A stretch of DNA of 64,000 bases from Macrostomum lignano (GCA_002269645.1 NIVC01001301.1:25954-89953); one strand, 5' to 3'; positions 11,620-24,498 are shown, counted from the stretch's first letter. Translations and numbers: made by a program. The notes: generated from the sequence alone by a model not told the origin.

Positions 11620-13680
11620 ATCGGTTGTTCAGTAGCTGATGCTTGCGCATTGGTTGCTGATCAGTAGCTGATGTTGATGCATCGGTTGTTGATCAGTGCC
11701 TGATGTTGGTGCATCGGTTGTTGATCAGTAGCTGATTTTGGTGCATCGGTTGTTGATCAGTAGCTGATGTTGGTGCACCGGTTGTTGATCAGTAGCTGAT
11801 GTTGGTGCATCGGTTGTTGATCAGTAGCTGATGTTGGTGCACCGGTTTTTGATCAGTAGCTGATGTTGGTGCACCGGTTGTTGATCAGTAGCTGATGTTG
11901 GTGCATCGGTTGTTGATCAGTAGCTGATGTTGGTGCATCGGTTGTTGATCAGTAGCTGATGTTGATGCATCGGTTGTTGATCAGTGCCTGATGTTGGTGC
12001 ATCGGTTGTTGATCAGTAGCTGATTTTGGTGCATCGGTTGTTGATCAGTAGCTGATGTTGGTGCACCGGTTGTTGATCAGTGCCTGATGTTGGTGCACCG
12101 GTTGTTGATCAGTAGCTGATGTTGGTGCATCGGTTGTTGATCAGTAGCTGATGTTGGTGCACCGGTTGTTGATCAGTAGCTGATGTTGATGCATCGGTTG
12201 TTGATCAGTAGCTGATTTTGGTGCACCGGTTGTTGATCAGTGCCTGATGTTGGTGCACCGGTTGTTGATCAGTGCCTGATGTTGGTGCACCGGCTGTTGA
12301 TCAGTAGCTGATGTTGGTGCACCGGTTGTTGATCAGTAGCTGATGTTGATGCATCGGTTGTTGATCAGTAGCTGATGTTGGTGCACCGGTTGTTGATCAG
12401 TAGCTGATGTTGATGCATCGGTTGTTGATCAGTAGCTGATGTTGGTGCACCGGTTGTTGATCAGTGCCTGATGTTGGTGCACCGGCTGTTGATCAGTAGC
12501 TGATGTTGGTGCACCGGTTGTTGATCAGTAGCTGATGCTTGTGCATCGGTTGTTGATCAGTAGCTGATGTTGGTGCATCGGTTGTTGATCAGTAGCTGAT
12601 GTTGATGCATCGGTTGTTGATCAGTAGCTGATGTTGGTGCACCGGTTGTTGATCAGTAGCTGATGTTGATGCATCGGTTGTTGATCAGTAGCTGATTTTG
12701 GTGCATCGGTTGTTGATCAGTAGCTGATGTTGGTGCACCGGTTGTTGATCAGTGCCTGATGTTGGTGCACCGGCTGTTGATCAGTAGCTGATGTTGGTGC
12801 ATCGGTTGTTGATCAGTAGCTGATGTTGGTGCATCGGTTGTTGATCAGTAGCTGATGTTGGTGCACCGGTTGTTGATCAGTAGCTGATGTTGATGCATCG
12901 GTTGTTGATCAGTAGCTGATGTTGGTGCATCGGTTGTTGATCAGTAGCTGATGTTGGTGCATCGGTTGTTGATCAGTAGCTGATGTTGGTGCATCGGTTG
13001 TTGATCAGTAGCTGATGTTGGTGCACCGGTTGTTGATCAGTGCCTGATGTTGGTGCACCGGTTGTTGATCAGTAGCTGATGTTGGTGCATCGGTTGTTGA
13101 TCAGTAGCTGATGTTGGTGCACCGGTTGTTGATCAGTAGCTGATGTTGATGCATCGGTTGTTGATCAGTAGCTGATGTTGGTGCATCGGTTGTTGATCAG
13201 TAGCTGATGTTGGTGCATCGGTTGTTGATCAGTAGCTGATGTTGGTGCATCGGTTGTTGATCAGTAGCTGATGTTGGTGCATCGGTTGTTGATCAGTAGC
13301 TGATGCTTGTGCATCGGTTGTTGATCAGTAGCTGATGTTGGTGCATCGGTTGTTGATCAGTAGCTGATGTTGGTGCATCGGTTGTTGATCAGTAGCTGAT
13401 GCTTGTGCATCGGTTGTTGATCAGTAGCTGATGTTGATGCATCGGTTGTTGATCAGTAGCTGATGTTGGTGCATCGGTTGTTGATCAGTAGCTGATGTTG
13501 GTGCATCGGTTGTTGATCAGTAGCTGATGTTGGTGCATCGGTTGTTGATCAGTAGCTGATGTTGGTGCATCGGTTGTTGATCAGTAGCTGATGCTTGTGC
13601 ATCGGTTGTTGATCAGTAGCTGATATTGGTGCACCGGTTGTTGATCAGTAGCTGATGTTGGTGCACCGGTTGTTGATCAT
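11620..13680. repeat. 32-bp minisatellite (GATCAGTAGCTGATGTTGGTGCAYCGGTTGTT)
   Basis: Tandem units seen directly; it ends about 7 bp from the stop codon of the minus-strand gene. Confidence 0.97.
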
Positions 13681-13685
13681 ATTTG

Positions 13686-14651
13686 CTACTCCATGTAAAC
13701 AAGAAGCTGGTCAGCGTAGCCAACCGAACTCTGGAAAGTGCCGTTCCATTTTGCGTAATAAAACACTGGAGATGGAAAGCCGCGGCGCACCCAACTGCAC
13801 TTGTCCAACGGGGACTCCGCGACACCCAAGAGGCCGTAGTCATTCACGCACAAGCCGTGCGGACCATGAATGTAGAAACTTCTAGTACGACTTGTTGTCT
13901 TAAGGCCTTCGATTCCAAAATTTGAAATATTCATATCACGCATCTCGAACGGATAAGTTGACAGCAGCCATTCTGACGCAAACCAGTTGCTTATGGTGAT
14001 CAAATTGTCTGGCACTCGAAACTCCGCCGCAGCCACACGCCTGCCGTCGGATCGCATTTCGACCACAAATTTACTAATTTGAAACTTTTGCACGTACGAA
14101 TTGATTCTGTCTAGCATGGGGGATCTGAATTCCCCTGGCAGGTCTTTGTAGCTCAGATCCCAGTGGCCCGTGCTTCGGCCGCGGAGATACAGTTCGCCTG
14201 GCAACTGGGTGCTGGCGCTCTTCCTGACCGACAGCAGCACGAATCTCGGCTGGTCTGGAAAGGCAACGACTGGCACTGACTGGCACTGACTGGCACTGAC
14301 TGGCACTGACTGGCACTGACTGGCACTGACTGGCACTGACTGGCACTGACTGGCACTGACTGGCACTGACTGGCACTGACTGGCACTGACTGGCACTGAC
14401 TGGCACTGACTGGCACTGACTGGCACTAACTGACACTGCCACTAACTGACACTGTCACTAACTGACACTGCCACTAACTGACACTGCCACTAACTGACAC
14501 TGCCACTAACTGACACTGCCACTAACTGACACTGCCACTAACTGACACTGTCACTAACTGACACTGCCACTAACTCACCTGGCCAAAATTGTCCAAAATT
14601 CGCCATTACACCATAGGTGCAGCTCAACAAAAGTACAATCAATAGACTCAT
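13686..14651 (-). CDS. Secreted uncharacterised protein A, about 213 aa; exons 14651-14579 (signal peptide) and 14254-13686
   Basis: Exon 1 reads MSLLIVLLLSCTYGVMANFGQFWP with donor G|GTGAGT (phase 1). Acceptor TTTCCAG is phase 1. Exon 2 shares SNWFxSE, FxIEG, RSFYIH..C..DxGLxGV, CxW, YYAK and ADQ motifs with protein B. Confidence 0.85.
14268..14575. repeat. Compound minisatellite (10-bp TGACTGGCAC then 16-bp ACTAACTGACACTGCC) filling the intron of gene A
   Basis: Units seen directly; spans nearly donor to acceptor. Confidence 0.95.
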
Positions 14652-15046
14652 TTTTCTGTTCTCGATACAATCAAAGATTATTAATCCTGTTAATATCTTG
14701 TCATTACTTGCCTCACCCTTTCATATTTTTATAGCCATAAAACTCTATGACCCAAATCCAGCAGTAGATTTAAATTCAAAGATAAAGGGCTACAAAAGTT
14801 TTTTAAGCGATATTATTCTTCAACAGACATTCGTTTTTACAAAACGTAAAAAATTACCCAAGCTCAATTTTACCAATCAAAAATGCGATCCATACATTTT
14901 TTACATTTTTCGATATGTTGTTTAAATAGAAACAATTTTCAACTATTTCTATTGAAAATTTCACTTCAACCCAGAGCAGAAATACCAAATAGCAAAACAG
15001 TTCTAACTTTGAACTCAGTTTTACAAATTTGCTCAACCAGAGAAGC
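14652..15046. promoter_or_regulatory. Probable shared bidirectional promoter / 5' region
   Basis: About 395 bp of AT-rich unique DNA between two divergent ATGs. No individual motif is claimed. Confidence 0.55.
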
Positions 15047-18000
15047 ATGACGAGCGCTTGGCTGCTGCTGTTTTTTCTGTTCTCAGCTTGCTTTGCATTC
15101 AACGAGTTTGGGTCGGAAAGTGAGCCTTGTTGGAATTCCTTTTATTTATTTATTTGCCTTTGCTCACCTTTCAGGAGAGCTGAATGCAGATGGCTGGAGA
15201 GGTGATTAGAGATGACAGGAGAGGTGATTAGAGATGGCAGGAGAGGTGATTAGAGATGGCAGGAGATGTGAATAAAGATGGCTGGAGAGGTGAATAGAGA
15301 TGGCAGGTGAGGTGATTAGAGATGGCAGGAGAGGTGATTAGAGATGGCAGGAGAGGTGATTAGAGATGGCTGGAGAGGTGAATAGAGATGGCTGGAGAGG
15401 TGATTAGAGATGGCTGGAGAGGTGATTAGAGATGGCAGGTGAGGTGATTAGAGATGGCTGGAGAGGTGATTAGAGATGGCTGGAGAGGTGATTAGAGATG
15501 GCAGGAGAGGTGAATAGAGATGGCAGAAGAGGTGAATAGAGATGGCAGGAGAGGTGAATAGAGATGGCAGGAGAGGTGATTAGAGATGGCAGGAGAGGTG
15601 ATTAGAGATGGCAGGAGAGGTGAATAGAGATGGCAGAAGAGGTGAATAGAGATGGCAGGAGATGTGAATAGAGATGGCAGGAGAGGTGATTAGAGATGGC
15701 AGGAGAGGTGATTAGAGATGGCAGGAGATGTGAATAGAGATGGCAGGAGAGGTGATTAGAGATGGCAGGAGAGGTGATTAGAGATGGCAGGAGAGGTGAA
15801 TAGAGATGGCAGAAGAGGTGAATAGAGATGGCAGGAGATGTGAAAAGAGATGGCAGGAGAGGTGATTAGAGATGGCAGGAGAGGTGATTAGAGATGGCTG
15901 GAGAGGTGATTAGAGATGACAGGAGAGGTGATTAGAGATGGCAGGAGATGTGATTAGAGATGACAGGAGAGGTGATTAGAGATGGCAGGAGATGTGAATA
16001 AAGATGGCTGGAGAGGTGATTGGAGATGTCAGAAGGGGTGATTGGAGATGTCAGGAGGGGTGATTAGAGATGGCAGGAGAGGTGATTAGAGATGGCAGGA
16101 GAGGTGATTAGAGATGGCTGGAGAGGTGAATAGAGATGGCTGGAGAGGTGATTAGAGATGGCTGGAGAGGTGATTAGAGATGGCAGGAGAGGTGAATAGA
16201 GATGGCAGAAGAGGTGAATAGAGATGGCAGGAGATGTGAATAGAGATGGCAGGAGATGTGAATAGAGATGGCAGGAGAGGTGATTAGAGATGGCAGGAGA
16301 GGTGATTAGAGATGGCTGGAGAGGTGATTAGAGATGGCAGGAGAGGTGATTAGAGATGGCTGGAGAGGTGATTAGAGATGGCAGGAGAGGTGAATAGAAA
16401 TGGCAGGAGAGGTGATTAGAGATGGCAGGAGAGGTGATTAGAGATGGCTGGAGAGGTGAATAGAGATGACAGTTGAGGTGGTTAGAGATGGCAGGAGAGG
16501 TGATTAGAGATGGCAGGAGAGGTGAATAGAGATGACAGGTGAGGTGATTAGAGATGGCAGGTGAGGTGATTAGAGATGACAGGTGAGGGGATTAGAGATG
16601 GCAGGAGAGGTGATTAGAGATGGCTGGAGAGGTGATTAGAGATGGCAGGAGAGGTGATTAGAGATGGCAGGAGAAGTGAATAGAGATGCAGGAGAGGTGA
16701 TTAGAGATGGCAGGAGAGGTGATTAGAGATGGCAGGAGAGGTGATTAGAGATGGCAGGAGAGGTGATTAGAGATGGCTGGAGAGGTGATTAGAGATGGCT
16801 GGAGAGGTGATTAGAGATGGCAGGAGAGGTGAATAGAGATGGCAGGAGAGGTGATTAGAGATGGCAGGAGAGGTGAATAAGAGATGGCTGGAGAGGTGAT
16901 TAGAGATGGCAGGAGAGGTGATTAGAGATGGCAGGAGAGGTGAATAAGAGATGGCTGGAGAGGTGATTAGAGATGGCTGGAGAGGTGATTAGAGATGGCA
17001 GGAGAGGTGAATAGAGATGACAGGTGAGGTGATTAGAGATGGCAGGAGAGGTGAATAAGAGATGGCAGGAGAGGTGATTAGAGATGGCAGGAGAAGTGAA
17101 TAGAGATGCAGGAGAGGTGATTAGAGATGGCAGGAGAGGTGATTAGAGATGGCAGGAGAGGTGATTAGAAATGGCAGGAGAGGTGATTAGAGATGGCTGG
17201 AGAGGTGATTAGAGATGGCAGGAGAGGTGATTAGAGATGGCAGGAGAGGTGAATAGAGATGACAGGTGAGGTGATTAGAGATGGCAGGAGAGGTGAATAA
17301 GAGATGGCTGGAGAGGTGATTACAGATGGCAGGAGAGGTGATTAGAGATGGCAGGAGAGGTGAATAAGAGATGGCTGGAGAGGTGATTAGAGATGGCAGG
17401 AGAGGTGATTAGAGATGGCAGGGGAGGTGATTAGAGATGACAGGTGAGGTGATTAGAGATGGCAGGAGAGGTGAATAAGAGATGGCTGGAGAGGTGATTA
17501 GAGATCCGAACCAAATGCTTTTCAGAGGTGCTGTTCTCGATTCGAGCAGGCTCGGGCCACTCAGCCGTGAATGAGTTTCTCACTGGCAAGCAAACCTATC
17601 ACGGATTCAGAAACGTGAACCCCAATTATTACCTGGTGTATCGATCGTCAATCTTAGACGACAGATTCTTCAAAACCTATCTAAAAGAATTTGACGCGCA
17701 GCGAATCGTGGTGCAAATGCTGCTCAGGCAGACGGTGATGGCGTCCGCAAGCTTCGATGTGACAGACAGAGTCAAACTCAACACTTCCAATTGGTTCTCG
17801 AGTGAGCGGCTGATTGATTCGACTCCATTCACAATTGACAAACGAGGCCCATTTGTCGACTTTAGCATCGAAGGTTACCGAAACAGAACGGCAGGACTGC
17901 ATCGCAGTTTCTACATACACAACAGGCACCAGGGCTGCAGCAGTGACAGCGGCCTGATGGGGGTCATTGAGAGAGATGACAAGCCGTGCACTTGGGCCAA

Positions 18001-18103
18001 GCGAGCCAAAGGAGATTTTCCCATTCTGTACTACGCCAAGGAGAACAAGGTCTACGACGAGTCTGTGGAGTTTGCCGACCAGATGAGAATTATACTTAAA
18101 TAG
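15047..18103 (+). CDS. Secreted uncharacterised protein B, about 216-225 aa; exons 15047-15119, probable 27-nt microexon 15175-15201, 17526-18103
   Basis: Exon 1 reads MTSAWLLLFFLFSACFAFNEFGSE with donor A|GTGAGC (phase 1). Acceptor TTTTCAG at 17525 is phase 1. Terminal exon is a paralog of gene A exon 2. Confidence 0.85.
15188..17505. repeat. 22-bp purine-rich minisatellite (GGCAGGAGAGGTGATTAGAGAT)
   Basis: About 105 tandem units; the + strand is strongly G/A-biased. Confidence 0.97.
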
Positions 18104-18589
18104 ATTGTTAAATGACGATTGAAAATTTCGCTTATGATGGCGACAATGAAAAAAACCTGCTGAAATGTTGAATAAATTATTTAAGGCAAATACGCGTTGC
18201 TTTAAATTATTTATAAAAGTTTTGAGGTTTTGAGGCAACTGTCTTATAGGTAAACCAAGGACCACTGAAGTCACTTCGTTAAACAGGACGTAACATTCCG
18301 GAATCGTGGACAATTTTTTGAAGGCTAAATTTCACGATACTATGCTTATAGCGATTCTGTCATATGATAGCAACGAAATTTATATAATTGAATAATCGAG
18401 GGTAATTTGACAGGAAAACATTAGTTTTTAATATAAAAATTAATTTTCTGGTGTTTATAACTACTTATTGAGCTGGAATGAGTTTCTTGAGTGCAAACTG
18501 AGGAATACTATACGTTTGGTGTTTCATGATTTTGTGGCAGAATGACATGAAGTGAATGCCTTAAGTAGTCCTTGAGGTAAACTACCTGA

Positions 18590-19300
18590 AGGAAAGGTAC
18601 TGAAGGAAAAGGTCTTATAGGTAAACTACCCGAGGGAAAGGTCCTGAAGGAAAAGGTCTTATAGGTAAACTACCCGAGGGAAAGGTCCTGAAGGAAAAGG
18701 TCTTATAGGTAAACTACCCGAGGGAAAGGTCCTGAGGGAAAGGTCTTATAGGTAAACTACCTGAGAAAAAGGTCCTGAAAGGAAAGGTCCTATAGGTAAA
18801 CTACCTGAGAAAAAGGTCCTGAAAGGAAAGGTCTTATAGGTAAACTACCTGAGAAAAAGGTCCTGAAGGGAAAGGTCTTATAGGTAAACTACCTGAGAAA
18901 AAGGTCCTGAAGGGAAAGGTCTTATAGGTAAACTACCTGAGAAAAAGGTCCTGAAAGGAAAGGTCCTATAGGTAAACTACCTGAGAAAAAGGTCCTGAAA
19001 GGAAAAGGTCTTATAGGTAAACTACCCGAGGGAAAGGTCCTGAAGGAAAAGGTCTTATAGGTAAACTACCCGAAGGAAAGGTCCTGAGGGAAAGGTCTTA
19101 TAGGTAAACTACCCGAGGGAAAGGTCCTGAGGGAAAGGTCTTATAGGTAAACTACCCGAGGGAAAGGTCCTGAGGGAAAGGTCTTATAGGTAAACTACCC
19201 GACGGAAAGGTCCTGAAGGAAAAGGTCTTATAGGTAAACTACCCGAAGGAAAGGTCCTGAGGGAAAGGTCTTATAAGTAAACTACCCGAGGGAAAGGTCT
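18590..19300. repeat. 43-44-bp minisatellite (AGGTCTTATAGGTAAACTACCCGAGGGAAAGGTCCTGAAGGAAA)
   Basis: Tandem units with an internal GGAAAGGTC duplication, i.e. a dimer of shorter subunits. Confidence 0.95.
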
Positions 19301-19644
19301 ATAGGTGGAACACTACAAGCGATTTTTAAGGAAAGCCAAGTATATAGCGTCAATCTACATTTGCATTTAAGTTGTCCTTGGAAGAAGATAGCCTTCCTTA
19401 TAAGAAAGATACTAATGTGGGGCTGTTTCAGTAAATACATTTCTCATCAAGCACGCTCGTACTGAACTGAACTGAACTTGACAAAAGCCTGAAAAATCAA
19501 AGTTTTCGTATCTTTCTCGCGATGCTTTTCTTCCTTTTGTCCATTCATACTACTAATTAAGTAGCTTAGGAAGTAAAATACACGCTTTTGTGTCAATTTG
19601 TAATCCTGCTCGGAATACTCATTCTCACGGTCATTTTACGCGGC

Positions 19645-22600
19645 GAGTCAGTTTGGAGAGATTCTCAGAGTCAGTCTGGGGAGATTCTCAGAGTCAGCTT
19701 GGAGAGATTCTGGCAGTCTGGGGAGATTCTCAGAGTCAGTTTGGGGAGATTCTCAGAGTCAGTCTGGGGAGATTCTCAGAGTCAGTCTGGAGAGATTCTC
19801 AGAGTCAGTCTGGGGAGATTCTCAGAGTCAGTCTGGAGAGATTCTCAGAGTCAGTCTGTGGAGATTCTCAGAGTCAGTTTGGGGAGATTCTCAGAGTCAG
19901 TCTGGGGAGATTCTCAGAGTCAGTCTGGGGAGATTCTCAGAGTCAGTTTGGAGAGATTCTCAGAGTCAGTCTGGGGAGATTCTCAGAGTCAGTCTGGAGA
20001 GATTCTCAGAGTCAGTCTGGGGAGATTCTCAGAGTCAGCTTGGAGAGATTCTGGCAGTCTGGGGAGATTCTCAGAGTCAGTTTGGAGAGATTCTCAGAGT
20101 CAGTTTGGAGAGATTCTCAGAGTCAGTTTGGAGAGATTCTTAGAGTCAGTTTGGGGAGATTCTTAGAGTCAGTCTGGGGAGATTCTCAGAGTCAGTCTGG
20201 AGAAATTCTCAGAGTCAGTCTGGAGAGATTCTCAGAGTCAGTCTGGGGAGATTCTCAGAGTCAGTCTGGAGAGATTCTCAGAGTCAGTCTGGAGAGATTC
20301 TCAGAGTCAGTCTGGAGAGATTCTCAGAGTCAGTCTGGAGAGATTCTCAGAGTCAGTCTAGGGAGATTCTCAGAGTCAGCTTGGGGAGATTCTGGCAGTC
20401 TGGGGAGATTCTCAGAGTCAGTCTGGAGAGATTCTCAGAGTCAGTCTGGGGAGATTCTCAGAGTCAGCTTGGAGAGATTCTGGCAGTCTGGGGAGATTCT
20501 CAGAGTCAGTTTGGAGAGATTCTCAGAGTCAGTTTGGAGAGATTCTCAGAGTCAGTTTGGAGAGATTCTTAGAGTCAGTTTGGGGAGATTCTTAGAGTCA
20601 GTCTGGGGAGATTCTCAGAGTCAGTCTGGAGAAATTCTCAGAGTCAGTCTGGAGAGATTCTCAGAGTCAGTCTGGGGAGATTCTCAGAGTCAGTCTGGAG
20701 AGATTCTGGCAGTCTGGGGAGATTCTCAGAGTCAGTTTGGAGAGATTCTCAGAGTCAGTTTGGAGAGATTCTCAGAGTCAGTTTGGAGAGATTCTTAGAG
20801 TCAGTTTGGGGAGATTCTTAGAGTCAGTCTGGGGAGATTCTCAGAGTCAGTCTGGAGAAATTCTCAGAGTCAGTCTGGAGAGATTCTCAGAGTCAGTCTG
20901 GGGAGATTCTCAGAGTCAGTCTGGAGAGATTCTCAGAGTCAGTCTGGGGAGATTCTCAGAGTCAGCTTGGAGAGATTCTGGCAGTCTGGGGAGATTCTCA
21001 GAGTCAGTTTGGGGAGATTCTCAGAGTCAGTCTGGGGAGATTCTCAGAGTCAGTCTGGAGAGATTCTCAGAGTCAGTCTGGGGAGATTCTCAGAGTCAGT
21101 CTGGAGAGATTCTCAGAGTCAGTCTGTGGAGATTCTCAGAGTCAGTTTGGGGAGATTCTCAGAGTCAGTCTGGGGAGATTCTCAGAGTCAGTCTGGGGAG
21201 ATTCTCAGAGTCAGTTTGGAGAGATTCTCAGAGTCAGTCTGGGGAGATTCTCAGAGTCAGTCTGGAGAGATTCTCAGAGTCAGTCTGGGGAGATTCTCAG
21301 AGTCAGCTTGGAGAGATTCTGGCAGTCTGGGGAGATTCTCAGAGTCAGTTTGGAGAGATTCTCAGAGTCAGTTTGGAGAGATTCTCAGAGTCAGTTTGGA
21401 GAGATTCTTAGAGTCAGTTTGGGGAGATTCTTAGAGTCAGTCTGGGGAGATTCTCAGAGTCAGTCTGGAGAAATTCTCAGAGTCAGTCTGGAGAGATTCT
21501 CAGAGTCAGTCTGGGGAGATTCTCAGAGTCAGTCTGGAGAGATTCTCAGAGTCAGTCTGGAGAGATTCTCAGAGTCAGTCTGGAGAGATTCTCAGAGTCA
21601 GTCTGGAGAGATTCTCAGAGTCAGTCTAGGGAGATTCTCAGAGTCAGCTTGGGGAGATTCTGGCAGTCTGGGGAGATTCTCAGAGTCAGTCTGGAGAGAT
21701 TCTCAGAGTCAGTCTGGGGAGATTCTCAGAGTCAGCTTGGAGAGATTCTGGCAGTCTGGGGAGATTCTCAGAGTCAGTTTGGAGAGATTCTCAGAGTCAG
21801 TTTGGAGAGATTCTCAGAGTCAGTTTGGAGAGATTCTTAGAGTCAGTTTGGGGAGATTCTTAGAGTCAGTCTGGGGAGATTCTCAGAGTCAGTCTGGAGA
21901 AATTCTCAGAGTCAGTCTGGAGAGATTCTCAGAGTCAGTCTGGGGAGATTCTCAGAGTCAGTCTGGAGAGATTCTCAGAGTCAGTCTGGAGAGATTCTCA
22001 GAGTCAGTCTGGAGAGATTCTCAGAGTCAGTCTGGAGAGATTCTCAGAGTCAGTCTAGGGAGATTCTCAGAGTCAGCTTGGGGAGATTCTGGCAGTCTGG
22101 GGAGATTCTCAGAGTCAGTCTGGGGAGATTCTCACAGTCAGTTTGGAGAGATTCTCAGAGTCAGTCTGGAGAGATTCTCAGAGTCAATCTGGGGAGATTC
22201 TCAGAGTCAGTCTAGGGAGATTCTCAGAGTCAGTTTGGAGAGATTCTCAGAGTCAGCTTGGAGAGATTCTGGCAGTCTAGGGAGATTCTCAGAGTCAGTT
22301 TGGAGAAATTTTCAGAGTCAGTCTGGAGAGATTCTCAGAGTCAGTCTGGAGAGATTCTCAGAGTCAGTCTGGAGAGATTCTCAGAGTCAGTCTGGAGAGA
22401 TTCTCAGAGTCAGTCTAGGGAGATTCTCAGAGTCAGCTTGGGGAGATTCTGGCAGTCTGGGGAGATTCTCAGAGTCAGTCTGGGGAGATTCTCAGAGTCA
22501 GTCTGGAGAGATTCTCAGAGTCAATCTGGGGAGATTCTCAGAGTCAGTCTGGGGAGATTCTCAGAGTCAGCTTGGGGAGATTCTGGCAGTCTGGGGAGAT

Positions 22601-24037
22601 TCTCAGAGTCAGTCTGGGGAGATTCTCACAGTCAGTTTGGAGAGATTCTCAGAGTCAGTCTGGGGAGATTCTCAGAGTCAGTCTGGAGAGATTCTCAGAG
22701 TCAGTCTGGAGAGATTCTCAGAGTCAGTCTGGGGAGATTCTCAGAGTCAGCTTGGAGAGATTCTGGCAGTCTGGGGAGATTCTCAGAGTCAGTCTGGGGA
22801 GATTCTCACAGTCAGTTTGGGGAGATTCTCAGAGTCAGTTTGGAGAGATTCTCAGAGTCAGTCTGGAGAGATTCTCAGAGTCAGTTTGGAGAGATTCTCA
22901 CAGTCAGTCTGGAGAGATTCTCAGAGTCAGTCTGGAGAGATTCTCAGAGTCAGTCTGGGGAGATTCTCAGAGTCAGCTTGGGGAGATTCTCAGAGTCAGT
23001 CTGGAGAGATTCTCAGAGTCAGTCTGGGGAGATTCTCAGAGTCAGTCTGGAGAGATTCTCAGAGTCAGTTTGGAGAGATTCTCAGAGTCAGTCTGGAGAG
23101 ATTCTCAGAGTCAGTCTGGAGAGATTCTCACAGTCAGTCTGGAGAGATTCTCAGAGTCAGTCTGTAGAGATTCTCAGAGTCAGTCTGGGGAGATTCTCAG
23201 AGTCAGCTTGGGGAGATTCTCAGAGTCAGTCTGGAGAGATTCTCAGAGTCAGTCTGGGGAGATTCTCAGAGTCAGTCTGGGGAGATTCTCAGAGTCAGCT
23301 TGGGGAGGTTCTCAGAGTCAGTCTGGAGAGATTCTCAGAGTCAGTCTGGAGAGATTCTCAGAGTCAGTCTGGAGAGATTCTCAGAGCCAGTCTGGAGAGA
23401 TTCTCAGAGTCAGTCTGGGGAGATTCTCACAGTCAGTCTGGGGAGATTCTCAGAGTCAGTCTGGAGAGATTCTCAGAGTCAGTCTGGGGAGATTCTCAGA
23501 GTCAGTCTGGGGAGATTCTCAGAGTCAGCTTGGGGAGGTTCTCAGAGTCAGTCTGGAGAGATTCTCAGAGTCAGTCTGGGGAGATTCTCACAGTCAGTTT
23601 GGGGAGATTCTCAGAGTCAGTCTGGAGAGATTCTCAGAGTCAGTCTGGAGAGATTCTCAGAGTCAGTTTGGAGAGATTCTCACAGTCAGTCTGGAGAGAT
23701 TCTCAGAGTCAGTCTGGAGAGATTCTCAGAGTCAGTCTGGGGAGATTCTCAGAGTCAGTCTGGGGAGATTCTCAGAGTCAGTCTGGAGACATTCTCAGAG
23801 TCAGCTTGGGGAGGTTCTCAGAGTCAGTCTGGAGAGATTCTCAGAGTCAGTTTGGAGAGATTCTCAGAGTCAGTCTGGGGAGATTCTCAGAGTCAGCTTG
23901 GGGAGGTTCTCAGAGTCAGTCTGGAGAGATTCTTAGAGTCAGTCTGGGGAGATTCTCAGAGTCAGTCTGGGGAGATTCTCAGAGTCAGTCTGGGGAGATT
24001 CTCAGAGTCAGTTTGGAGAGATTCTGGCAGTCTGGGG
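19645..24037. repeat. 23-bp minisatellite (CTCAGAGTCAGTCTGGRGAGATT), about 4.4 kb
   Basis: Tandem units with recurring shorter variant units. It produces the repetitive ORFs in the track. Confidence 0.97.
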
Positions 24038-24492
24038 ACGGATTCGCCAAGCCCTCCATCCCTTGCAAACGGATCAGAAACTTCCATGGCCTCAAGTTTC
24101 CCAGCTCCTTCCTGTATTTCAACACCAAAATCGATATCCTGTACAGAGGAGCATTCTACCGACTCATCGATTCTCTCGCTGCATTGTGTAGACTTTTCTG
24201 CTCTCTTTTTGTCCCTCTTCAAACCCCGTGCAGGACCTACTGATTACGGAGAAGCAACTTTCCTACTTGTTAAAGCCCTCATTTTTGGTTTAGCCATGGA
24301 GTTCTAAGGGGGCTTGTCGTAGTTGCTACGCGCTGAATCAGGCGTTCGTGGCAACGGGTACCTGGGACGGCTGTGAGTCTCAGAAACTGAGCGGGTTAAG
24401 AGCCCTGGTATCCAAGCTGTCGGCCTTCCTAAGAAGCCACCCCAAGCAGCTCTTCCCAGGTTTCCCATGGCAACGGGCCACTTAGCTTGGCC

Positions 24493-24498
24493 TATAAA
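24493..24498 (+). promoter_or_regulatory. Candidate TATA box of the Ly6 gene
   Basis: CCTATAAAGC about 100 bp upstream of ATG 24595; positional evidence only. Confidence 0.35.

Noticed and set aside
19588-24307. 400-660 aa ORFs (GEILRVSLERFSESVWGDSQSQS)n
   Set aside because: Shadow translations of a 23-bp unit: the same peptide cycles through all three frames, with no credible start or splice context.
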